A stretch of DNA of 64,000 bases. It comes from Candidatus Kaiserbacteria bacterium. GTDB lineage: Bacteria > Patescibacteriota > Minisyncoccia > Phycocordibacterales > UBA2100. The notes beneath the pieces are model-generated. The model made no database searches and was not told the origin of the DNA. It worked only from the letters and a program-made list of their open reading frames with translations. Below are positions 56,122 through 64,000 of the stretch, in pieces. The stretch spans positions 1,648-65,647 of the forward strand of contig JAQBRI010000011.1 of the NCBI GenBank assembly GCA_028286585.1. Reading direction: 5' to 3'. Both the position numbers and the translations under genes were made by a program. Each line of letters begins with the position of its first letter. Position 1 is the stretch's first letter.

Positions 56122-57624
56122 TTACATTGGAAGATTTATTGGTGGCTCCGCCTTTTTTGCCGCAATGCGTTGTATACCAGGAGTCTTAATGCTACTGCTT
56201 GGAAAATGAAAAATCGTTGCCAAGGCTTCGGTCGTCATTATACGATTATCAATTTCCCAAGGCGGATAAAATGAGCTTCTCCGCTGATAGGCATCGAAGA
56301 AACGACGGCTTCGCTCTATTTTGACACGTCCTCCTATATCTTGCCAGGGGTAATCAAAATCAAGACCATTCGTTGGACGCAGTTTATTAAGGTGAGCCGA
56401 ATCAAATACTCGGTATATTTCTCGAAAGCTCGAAATAAGCTGACCGTTAAATTGGCCATATCGTTCGTCGCCAAAAAACACTCCGCGTATGGAGGTTTGG
56501 AAATGCGTTTTTGATTTATGCCGCTCCAAGTGCTTCATTCTATCTTGCTGTTCTGTTGTAAGACGCGCGGTTGAGGATTCTTTGGTATTATCGTCGGGAT
56601 ATTTTGGGTTGACCATTGATTCAATCTTGATCTGTCTTATTTCCTCATCAATCTGTGCTGGCCAGTTACGACCCGTACGTATAAGCGCTCCCTCAGCGGC
56701 CTCAGCACGAATCATTATTTGAATCCACATTTGTTCGTGGGATTTGGTTGTGCCCATTAGCTCTAAGACTTGCGCAAGCGGATCAACTTTGAATTCCTCT
56801 TTGGGATCTTTGTCGAGCTCAAAATCGATATAACTCTTAAGCTGATAGGTGTCCTTATAATGATGTGCGGAACTGTCAGGCCTATTGTACTGGTATTCAA
56901 TATAGTACAGACGGTGATATTCTGAATTATATTCGAACTTTTTTGCATAGTCTTCGACTTCGTGAATTTCTATCTCTGGAAACTGTGCATAAAATGCTGC
57001 CTCGATCAACGACCTAAATCGCCCAGCACCCCATACATAAAAATGTATATTTCCTCCGATACTTACCATTTCGAGAGAAAACCAGGTACGCACAGAGCCG
57101 CGCCAAAAACGAGCACCGTAGGTTGTCTCGCTTCCTGCATGATACAAAGAGGTCAAGACCATTTCCATGGCACGCGGAGATTTTGTAATTTCGCGTGGTA
57201 TCTTTATTTCGAGCAATATAAAACCCTGTGCCGATATATACAGCTCTCGAACATAATGCACCCATACGAACATGGCAACTACCGCGAGCGTCAGCGGCAG
57301 CCAAATAGGCGCCAATCCAACAATCCAAGTTACAGCAAAAACAAAAAAATGAGGAGTAACAGCAGCAAATGCCAATATCAAACCAAAAAAAGTTATGCCC
57401 AAGACTAGCCCTCGGGAAATGTTCCATCCATTGATACTCCACTCCTGTCCTCCTATTTTGAGTTCACCAAACACAAATTTGTGATACCAGGATGGATTCT
57501 TTTTTGTATGATTAAACATTTTAAAAAGAATAATAAAAGGAAATAATACTATGATGAGTAGTATCTTGAGAAATTCTATAAGAAACGAGGGCTGCGGAGG
57601 TTGTGCATGTTCTTCATCTGCCAT
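56122..57624 (-). CDS. Conserved CPR-type membrane protein
   Basis: N-terminal TM helices; LEIKIPRE..KSP.AME, FSLE, YAQFP.IEI.EVEDY and EALATIFHFP. Confidence 0.65.
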   Translation of the reverse strand: MADEEHAQPPQPSFLIEFLKILLIIVLFPFIILFKMFNHTKKNPSWYHKFVFGELKIGGQEWSINGWNISRGLVLGITFFGLILAFAAVTPHFFVFAVTWIVGLAPIWLPLTLAVVAMFVWVHYVRELYISAQGFILLEIKIPREITKSPRAMEMVLTSLYHAGSETTYGARFWRGSVRTWFSLEMVSIGGNIHFYVWGAGRFRSLIEAAFYAQFPEIEIHEVEDYAKKFEYNSEYHRLYYIEYQYNRPDSSAHHYKDTYQLKSYIDFELDKDPKEEFKVDPLAQVLELMGTTKSHEQMWIQIMIRAEAAEGALIRTGRNWPAQIDEEIRQIKIESMVNPKYPDDNTKESSTARLTTEQQDRMKHLERHKSKTHFQTSIRGVFFGDERYGQFNGQLISSFREIYRVFDSAHLNKLRPTNGLDFDYPWQDIGGRVKIERSRRFFDAYQRRSSFYPPWEIDNRIMTTEALATIFHFPSSSIKTPGIQRIAAKKAEPPINLPM

Positions 57625-57669
57625 GCCCTCTATTGTACATCATGAAAATCGATTTGTGAGACCAAAAAC

Positions 57670-57703
57670 AAAAAAAGCGAACACTTGGGTGTTCGCTTTT
57701 TTT
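57670..57703. terminator. Intrinsic terminator
   Basis: AAAAAAAGCGAACAC-TTGG-GTGTTCGCTTTTTTT. Confidence 0.85.
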
Positions 57704-57720
57704 ATTTGGATCTCGCGCAA

Positions 57721-58740
57721 CTAACGAGACAGAGTATATTTGCCATCTGCAGTTCTTTCAAAAAGACTGTGCTGAAGGTTGACAGCGATTGTTGCGTCTT
57801 TAACATAGCGTTCACGTTTGACCCGTTCGATAACTTCTTCCCGCGTAAGTGCTCCTTCGCGAGCAAGGATAGTGCGGATTACATCGCGTACAACTCCTGG
57901 TCCGTATCCCCACTCCTTGAGTGCGTAGAGTCCGCGGCCAACCAAGATAAATCGGCTGTCTTTGATGAGCTCGTTGTGTGTTGTTGCTGGATGCGTCTTG
58001 CGATTAAAGAGTCCTTCGATACCTTTTGCAACTTCGGTAAAGTGCATTGGTGAACCATGACGCTTGATCGTAAGGTATGCAAAATCACGAGTGTTCTTGA
58101 TGCGAACATGTGGTGAATCAGCTCGTCCCCATTCTCCCAAAGGATTACGGTCGACGCGTTTTGATATATGCAGCCAGTGGAGCATCGTCTCGTCGGAAAT
58201 AGTTCGTACGCCTGCAGCTTTAAGATGTCGTGCAAACAATTGCATAAACTCTTCTTCTGGAGACAGAGTTTGTGTTTCGATTGATTGATACAAATTGATA
58301 AGAGCACTTTCAACTTGTTCCATAAGCTGCTCGTCGACAAACCATCGTGCATTAAAATCATTGTCCTCGCGACGCGTATCAAAAACGTGTCCTACCGTAA
58401 GGAGGAACAAAATATGATTGCGATCCGGGGTGGTACGAGCAATCTTTTCGAGAAGCATTTCTTCTGTCAAAACACTGCCCAATGATTGGATGACCTTTTT
58501 AAGCTCTTTAAGGGTTTCGGTGTGCTTACTGTATGCATCTGAATCACGAATTGCGATAATACTGTGATTTTCGATCTGTCGGATGCGCTCACGGGTAACA
58601 TTGTATTGTTTACCAATGGCATCCAGTGTACGTCCATCCCCGCCCGAAAGGCCAAATCGGTCGGTCAACACGTTGCGTGACCGGTCCGAAAGTCCCCCCA
58701 AAAGCTCTTTACTGACTGATTTTGCTGAAAATGTAAGCAT
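57721..58740 (-). CDS. Sigma70 region-4 HTH + HARE-HTH (RNAP delta-like) protein
   Basis: RFGL...TLDAIG...VTRERIRQIE, and PMHF.E...HNELI...F..VGRG.YAL.EW. Confidence 0.75.
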   Translation of the reverse strand: MLTFSAKSVSKELLGGLSDRSRNVLTDRFGLSGGDGRTLDAIGKQYNVTRERIRQIENHSIIAIRDSDAYSKHTETLKELKKVIQSLGSVLTEEMLLEKIARTTPDRNHILFLLTVGHVFDTRREDNDFNARWFVDEQLMEQVESALINLYQSIETQTLSPEEEFMQLFARHLKAAGVRTISDETMLHWLHISKRVDRNPLGEWGRADSPHVRIKNTRDFAYLTIKRHGSPMHFTEVAKGIEGLFNRKTHPATTHNELIKDSRFILVGRGLYALKEWGYGPGVVRDVIRTILAREGALTREEVIERVKRERYVKDATIAVNLQHSLFERTADGKYTLSR

Positions 58741-58811
58741 ATATTGACTATTATTGTTCTGCGTTGCATACGTTGTACCAAATCTAAGGGCTTTCGTCAA
58801 GGGGTCTTATG

Positions 58812-58820
58812 TTATCCACA
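58812..58820 (+). promoter_or_regulatory. DnaA box
   Basis: Perfect TTATCCACA upstream of dnaB. Confidence 0.6.
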
Positions 58821-58888
58821 GTCCGTACACAGTTCTCGGTGCTTTTTGGGAAGTGGCTCTAAGCCCTACCCGTGATAGTATTGTCGGA

Positions 58889-60274
58889 ATGGTAATGCCT
58901 GCACGAGTTCCACCCCAAGATGTCGACATGGAGCGCGCCCTTTTGGGTTCGCTTATGTTGAGCCAAAATGCCATGTACGAGGTGTCTGATGTGGTAGGAA
59001 TTGACTCGTTTTACGCAGGAAAACACCGTACCGTCTATGACGCGATGCTCTCACTACATACCAAAGGCGAACCAATCGACGTAGTCACTGTCTCAACAAA
59101 ACTCAAAGAAAGAAAACTACTCAAGGATATCGGAGGCGCGTCATACCTAACAGAGTTGGTAAACGCTGCTGCAAGTCCAGGAAGTGCGCGGCACTACGCG
59201 CAAACGGTGCAATCAAAGTTTGTGCTTCGCAGTCTTATTGATGCAGCTGCAAAAATCAATGACCTTGGTTTTGAGGAGGATCGTGATATCGAACATGTGC
59301 TCGACGAGGCGCAGGCAAGTATTTTTGCCGTATCTCAAGCCCCAATGCTACGAACGTTTACATCGATCAAAGAAGAGCTCGCGGAGGCTTGGGAGCGACT
59401 CGAAAATTTGCAAAAAAACGAAGGTATCACACGAGGTGTGCCTACAGGCTTTCAAGCACTCGACAATCTGCTCTCTGGTTTTCAAAAAGCAGACCTTATT
59501 ATTCTTGCGGCACGACCATCAATGGGTAAGACCGCGCTCGCGCTCGACATCGCGCGCAATGTTGCCGTACAAAGTAATATTGCGGTTGGTATGTTCAGTC
59601 TTGAAATGTCATCCCAGCAGCTTGTCGATCGTATGCTCTCGGCACAGTCGGGTGTAAATTCCTGGCGATTGCGCACCGGTAAAATTAAAGATGATGATGA
59701 GTACGGACGCTTGCAGCACGGTATGGCACAGTTGTCTGAGGCACCAATATTTATCGATGATAAATCGAGCTCTTCTGTATTGGGTATGCGATCGGTTGCG
59801 CGCCGTCTTAAAATGGAAAAAAATCTTGGGCTAATCGTGATCGACTATTTGCAGCTTATAGTTCCTACAAACTCTCGGTCGAGCGATAACATGGTGGCAC
59901 AGGTGACCGAAATTTCGCGATCGCTCAAGTCGATGGCACGCGAACTCGACGTGCCTGTCCTTGCCCTCTCACAGCTCTCACGTGCCGTTGAGCAACGACG
60001 CGGACGTCCCCGCCTGTCCGACCTCCGAGACTCTGGTTCGATCGAACAGGATGCCGATGTGGTTATGTTTATTCACCGCGAAGACAAAATGAGTGAAAGT
60101 TCCGAAAGAAATGGCATGGCCGAAATTCTGGTCGAAAAACATCGAAACGGCCCAGTCGGCAAAGTCGATCTTTTCTTTGATGAAGAAATGACAACTTTTA
60201 AGTCTGTTGATAAAAGTGATTTTGGAGACTTTGCATCTAACGACACGCAGGTGGATACAAATACACCGTTTTAA
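58889..60274 (+). CDS. dnaB: Replicative DNA helicase
   Basis: ARPSMGKT, FSLEM, IDYLQL, SQLSR and DLRDSGSIEQDAD motifs. Confidence 0.97.
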   Translation: MVMPARVPPQDVDMERALLGSLMLSQNAMYEVSDVVGIDSFYAGKHRTVYDAMLSLHTKGEPIDVVTVSTKLKERKLLKDIGGASYLTELVNAAASPGSARHYAQTVQSKFVLRSLIDAAAKINDLGFEEDRDIEHVLDEAQASIFAVSQAPMLRTFTSIKEELAEAWERLENLQKNEGITRGVPTGFQALDNLLSGFQKADLIILAARPSMGKTALALDIARNVAVQSNIAVGMFSLEMSSQQLVDRMLSAQSGVNSWRLRTGKIKDDDEYGRLQHGMAQLSEAPIFIDDKSSSSVLGMRSVARRLKMEKNLGLIVIDYLQLIVPTNSRSSDNMVAQVTEISRSLKSMARELDVPVLALSQLSRAVEQRRGRPRLSDLRDSGSIEQDADVVMFIHREDKMSESSERNGMAEILVEKHRNGPVGKVDLFFDEEMTTFKSVDKSDFGDFASNDTQVDTNTPF

Positions 60275-60279
60275 ATAGT

Positions 60280-60882
60280 ATGAATCCGCTCGATAGACTC
60301 AGCGCGCTTTTTGAAAAGTTTCCGGGTATTGGCCCGCGACAAGCCGGACGATTTGTACAGCACGTCGTTCGTGCCTCGCCCTCTGTGCGCAATGAATTTA
60401 TTAGTGCGCTACAAGAAATAGACACTCAGGTAAGACAGTGCCCATCGTGCATGCGTATTCATTCTGGATCACGTGACCTTTGTAACATTTGTGACAACGC
60501 ACGTCGCGATACCTCGACCTTGGCAGTTGTTGCGATTGACGCCGACATACTCGCTCTCGAGCGCAGTGGAACATACAAAGGATTGTACTTTGTGCTTGGC
60601 GGAACAATCGCGCTTACATCCGAAAAAATGAACGGGCTACACATGAGACAGCTGTTTGATTCAATACCCACTCGAGTAGAAAAAGGATTGCGAGAAATAA
60701 TCCTGGCATTCCCTGCAAACCCCGAGGGTGATGCTACAGCGGTGCGTATAAAAGAAGAATTGACCCCAGTCGTTGGCGAAAATTGCCGCATAACAACCCT
60801 TGGTCGCGGCCTCTCGACCGGAAGCGAGCTTGAGTATGCCGACGTCGACACACTGCGTAATGCCTTGGTAAACAGAAAGTAA
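60280..60882 (+). CDS. recR: Recombination mediator RecR
   Basis: HhH PGIGPRQA, C4 Zn finger, TOPRIM EGDATA and GSELEYAD. Confidence 0.93.
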   Translation: MNPLDRLSALFEKFPGIGPRQAGRFVQHVVRASPSVRNEFISALQEIDTQVRQCPSCMRIHSGSRDLCNICDNARRDTSTLAVVAIDADILALERSGTYKGLYFVLGGTIALTSEKMNGLHMRQLFDSIPTRVEKGLREIILAFPANPEGDATAVRIKEELTPVVGENCRITTLGRGLSTGSELEYADVDTLRNALVNRK

Positions 60883-60883
60883 C

Positions 60884-60909
60884 AAAAAGACCCCTTTCGG
60901 GGTCTTTTT
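60884..60909. terminator. Bidirectional terminator
   Basis: AAAAAGACCCC-TTTC-GGGGTCTTTTT between convergent genes. Confidence 0.85.
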
Positions 60910-60927
60910 TGCAAATTCCAGAGAGAA

Positions 60928-61245
60928 TTAGAGAGTAGTGATTCGAACCTTATTGTATGGCTGCTTGTGGCCGTTTTTCTTGAATGAGCGACTCTTTGGT
61001 CGGTATCGGATTACACGAACCTTCTTTTCGCGTCCCTCTTCGATGAATTCAGCGACTACCTTTGCTCCTGCGATATATGGTGCTCCAACTGTTGTTGCTG
61101 CTCCATCGTCGGTCAAAAGTACCTTATCAAAGGTAATGATATCTCCTGCCTTGTGAGCACCTTCAAGCTTTTCGATATAAAGCTGAGTATCGTTCATGAC
61201 GACGTACTGCTTGCCCCCTGTTTCAATAATTGCGATTTTTGCCAT
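60928..61245 (-). CDS. rplU: 50S ribosomal protein bL21
   Basis: AIIETGGKQY, GAPY and GHKQ motifs. Confidence 0.96.
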   Translation of the reverse strand: MAKIAIIETGGKQYVVMNDTQLYIEKLEGAHKAGDIITFDKVLLTDDGAATTVGAPYIAGAKVVAEFIEEGREKKVRVIRYRPKSRSFKKNGHKQPYNKVRITTL

Positions 61246-61278
61246 AGATATTGTCTTTGTTTCGCGATTATACTACAG

Positions 61279-62385
61279 CTATTCCTCGCTTGCAATAGCT
61301 GGCTTTTCGAGCACGTCCAATTCCAATCCAGCCTGTGTTCCCGTGATCTTAAGGACGTCCTTGTCTATCTTTCCCAATTCCTTGGTACCGGCGTTGTAGT
61401 GGTTGATTGTGGTCGCGAGCGCAGTGCCCAATTTTTTGTAATATTGATCGTAGGCTTCGATATGGCGCATGAGCATCTCGACATTTTTCTTGATACCTTC
61501 GGCGTCCTTCTCGATTTGGAATGCCTTAAAGCCGTAGAGAACCGACTGTAGATAGGCCGCAAAGGTCGTAGGACTTACGATGACGACCCGCTTTTCGTTG
61601 TAGGCGTAATCGATCATACTGCGCGAATTGATACCGCTCCGAGCGTCTCCTGTAAGAAGATCATAATAAATTCCTTCTGCAGGAATATACATAAACGCAA
61701 ACGGAAGTGTTTTTTCGTCAGGTTTGATATATTTACTCGCCTCATCAATACGCTTTTTAACATCTTTTTTGAATTCTTCGCGATATTGAACTCGCTTTTC
61801 ATCATCGGTCTCCTCGATAAGGCGCATATAATTTTCGAGCGGAAACTTGGCATCAACAGGAATGATTCCTTCTTTGGTATGAATAACCGCATCCACTTTT
61901 TCGCCATTTTTAAATTGGTACTGATTTTCGTACATGCCAGGAGCAAGAATATTTGAAAGAACGAGTTCGAGGGACGCTTCGCCAAGGTTTCCGCGCTGTT
62001 TTTGATTTTTGAGTACCCTCTCTAAACTATTGAGCTGCTCCGCAATTGTAAAAACCTGTTTGGTTGAGGCATTTGTTTCGGCGACACCTTTTGCAACCTC
62101 TTTGAGCTGTGAGTGCACGAGGTCACGAATGTCTGTTGCAAGACGCTGTGACTCGCCAAATTGCGACTTCATGTTTTCGAACATTTGCTTGTTGCTTTCA
62201 AAGGTGAGCTTGGTTCCCTCTCCAAGCGAACGCTCAAGGCTGTTTGCAAGCGCGTTGAGCTGATTTTGAAGCAGCATCATTCCCTGTGAGTCATCGTGTT
62301 TCTTTTGCGGCAGCGTCATGCGATATGCGACAAATCCGACGAGTATAATAAGTACGATAAGTAGTATCAAGACGAGTATTTCCAT
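61279..62385 (-). CDS. rmuC: DNA recombination protein RmuC
   Basis: TM plus coiled coil; RGNLGE, VDAKFP, KYI, MYIPAE and SPTT motifs. Confidence 0.92.
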   Translation of the reverse strand: MEILVLILLIVLIILVGFVAYRMTLPQKKHDDSQGMMLLQNQLNALANSLERSLGEGTKLTFESNKQMFENMKSQFGESQRLATDIRDLVHSQLKEVAKGVAETNASTKQVFTIAEQLNSLERVLKNQKQRGNLGEASLELVLSNILAPGMYENQYQFKNGEKVDAVIHTKEGIIPVDAKFPLENYMRLIEETDDEKRVQYREEFKKDVKKRIDEASKYIKPDEKTLPFAFMYIPAEGIYYDLLTGDARSGINSRSMIDYAYNEKRVVIVSPTTFAAYLQSVLYGFKAFQIEKDAEGIKKNVEMLMRHIEAYDQYYKKLGTALATTINHYNAGTKELGKIDKDVLKITGTQAGLELDVLEKPAIASEE

Positions 62386-62467
62386 GCGCAGATTGTAACA
62401 TATTTGAAGCGCAATTCTTTTTATAATGACACGTAAAATTGGGTTTTTGTGGTATAATTATCAACAT

Positions 62468-62920
62468 ATGATTCTTGAACAAATCCGCAACCAAATCAAA
62501 GACGCAATGCGTGCACGAGACCAGCTTTTGCTCGACACACTTCGCGGCATTATTTCTGCATGTACCAACGAACTTGTTTCAAAGGGACGCAAACCGACAG
62601 ACACACTTACCGATAGTGAAATTATCACTGTCCTCAAGCGCCTTGCAAAACAACGGACTGATGCAGCTGAACAATTTACAAAAGGAGGACGCCCTGAAAT
62701 GGCAGAAAAGGAGCTCAAGGAAAAAACAATCATCGAACAATATTTACCTGAACAAACTTCTCGTGAAGATATCGAAAAGGTGGCAAAAGCAAAGAAGGCT
62801 GAACTTGGTATTACGGATTCAACAGGTGCAGGTAAGCTCATGGGAGCTGTCATCAAGGAGTTTGAGGGCAATGCTGACGGGGCTGTCGTCAAAGAAGTTG
62901 TAGCTTCGCTGTTCGGTTAA
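62468..62920 (+). CDS. GatB/YqeY domain protein
   Basis: KDAMRA, KQR.DA..QF..GGR, YLP and GKLMG motifs. Confidence 0.9.
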   Translation: MILEQIRNQIKDAMRARDQLLLDTLRGIISACTNELVSKGRKPTDTLTDSEIITVLKRLAKQRTDAAEQFTKGGRPEMAEKELKEKTIIEQYLPEQTSREDIEKVAKAKKAELGITDSTGAGKLMGAVIKEFEGNADGAVVKEVVASLFG

Positions 62921-62929
62921 TACATTTGT

Positions 62930-63925
62930 TTAACGAGAAAATGAGCGGATAGTTGCGGCAAATGCGGCACATAAGAATCCAACAAATAACGCTCCGACTA
63001 AGGACACGTAATATATCGAGACGATGACGACGCAGCACAAGAGAATTCGTCCGGCACTTTCTGACATTTCACGAAGTGCTGTATATTCGTCGATATAATG
63101 TCCGCCGTCTGTTGCATGTGTATGGGTAATATATGAACTCGCTCGCGGAATTTTGAGAATAAGTACTACGAGCATCGTAATAGTAAGTAATATTCCAAAG
63201 AGCATGTGCGAACCTCCCGCAATAAGCAAAAGGCATATTGGCCACAATAGTAAGATCGCCGTGTTTTCGACACCAAGAAGCATCGATTGAGTTGCCAAAT
63301 GATGATTTTTGCGCGACAAAAGTCTCGTAAATGTTTCGACATACGCCCATTCAAATTTTTCTACTCGATCTCTAATCGCAATAAGCGGAAGACTTGATAC
63401 AAGTACAATCACGCCTGCTCCATACAAAAGCGTACTCGGCGTAAGAATTGATTGAGCCAAAAGAACGCCTGCCCCAGCTGGCAAAAGCGCAAGCAAAAGT
63501 TCGCGTTCGACATATTGCGGCTGTTCGCCTGCGTAGCGATGCTCTACAACATAGGGCACCCAATACAACGCGCGATACAAGCCAAATAATATTGCAAAGA
63601 GTGATATGCCGAGGCCGGTAAGTCCTCCCCAAGTTCCCACAAAAACGCTGCCTAATATTATAAAAGCAAGAGCGTTGGCTACAACACCAAGTGCAATAGC
63701 ACGCTTGAGGCTGTTGCCCAGATATATTCCACCGTATGGAGTGGCAAGGAGTGTCGTAAGGTGCGTGAGTGCGTAGGCGTAGGTCACATGCAGCAAAGCG
63801 CTCTGCCACGACTCAGAAAGGATAAAGAAGTATTCAAATATAAATATCCATGCAAATATATGCGCTCCGGCAAGTGCCGTGCGCACGATGGTGCGATGCA
63901 GTGTGAGATAGAGTCCCTCGCGCAT
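62930..63925 (-). CDS. Polytopic membrane protein (divergent MFS-like)
   Basis: About 9-10 TM helices; GLYRALYW and REMSESAGR. Confidence 0.6.
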   Translation of the reverse strand: MREGLYLTLHRTIVRTALAGAHIFAWIFIFEYFFILSESWQSALLHVTYAYALTHLTTLLATPYGGIYLGNSLKRAIALGVVANALAFIILGSVFVGTWGGLTGLGISLFAILFGLYRALYWVPYVVEHRYAGEQPQYVERELLLALLPAGAGVLLAQSILTPSTLLYGAGVIVLVSSLPLIAIRDRVEKFEWAYVETFTRLLSRKNHHLATQSMLLGVENTAILLLWPICLLLIAGGSHMLFGILLTITMLVVLILKIPRASSYITHTHATDGGHYIDEYTALREMSESAGRILLCCVVIVSIYYVSLVGALFVGFLCAAFAATIRSFSR

Positions 63926-64000
63926 ACAGCTAAACTGTTAGATCATCGCGATGTTGCGTATACGGGGCGCAGAGCGGAAAGAGCGCTACCAAAACGTACC

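Noticed and set aside
58741-58888. oriC
   Set aside because: There is only one perfect DnaA box, no AT-rich unwinding element and no dnaA/dnaN nearby.
1-64000. CRISPR array, rRNA, tRNA, IS transposase or prophage
   Set aside because: No spaced direct repeats, cloverleafs or recognisable mobile-element genes were seen. GTTCAAATCC at ~38300 lies inside a CDS and has no tRNA fold.
1-64000. Alternative genetic code (UGA=Gly as in Gracilibacteria/Absconditabacteria)
   Set aside because: Long conserved genes (leuS, dnaB, cysS) are uninterrupted under code 11, and TGA ends genes directly before terminators (e.g. 30849).

Overview
This 64-kb bacterial window uses the standard genetic code 11. It most likely comes from a Patescibacteria/CPR (Parcubacteria-like) genome, inferred from CPR-typical families such as DUF5671, a sigma70-r4/HARE-HTH protein, an ATP-cone nuclease and a Nudix-inserted LeuRS. 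Roughly 1-28 kb is an accessory region, mostly on the + strand, with efflux, stress, metal and secreted-protein genes. Roughly 28-64 kb is mostly housekeeping on the - strand (rpmA, rplI, ctpA, corA, cysS, leuS, rdgB, ychF, purC, mnmA, mltG, dnaB, recR, rplU, rmuC). I saw no rRNA, tRNA, CRISPR array, integrase or transposase. The most notable observations are: (1) secreted GH6 and GH113-like glycosidases that share three copies of an unrecognised Trp-rich ~90-aa module; (2) a convergent pair of Zn-ribbon/DUF4145 (HEPN-like) genes between cysS and leuS, one with an intact motif and one degenerate; (3) an unannotated 20-aa Lys-rich micro-ORF behind rplI; (4) three long structured intergenic elements; (5) a CooC-like/Fur/YibE-F metal module with two palindromic boxes; (6) pervasive leaderless promoter architecture; and (7) an A10-tract frameshift in an aldo-keto reductase. 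All family assignments come from motif recognition by eye, not from database searches.
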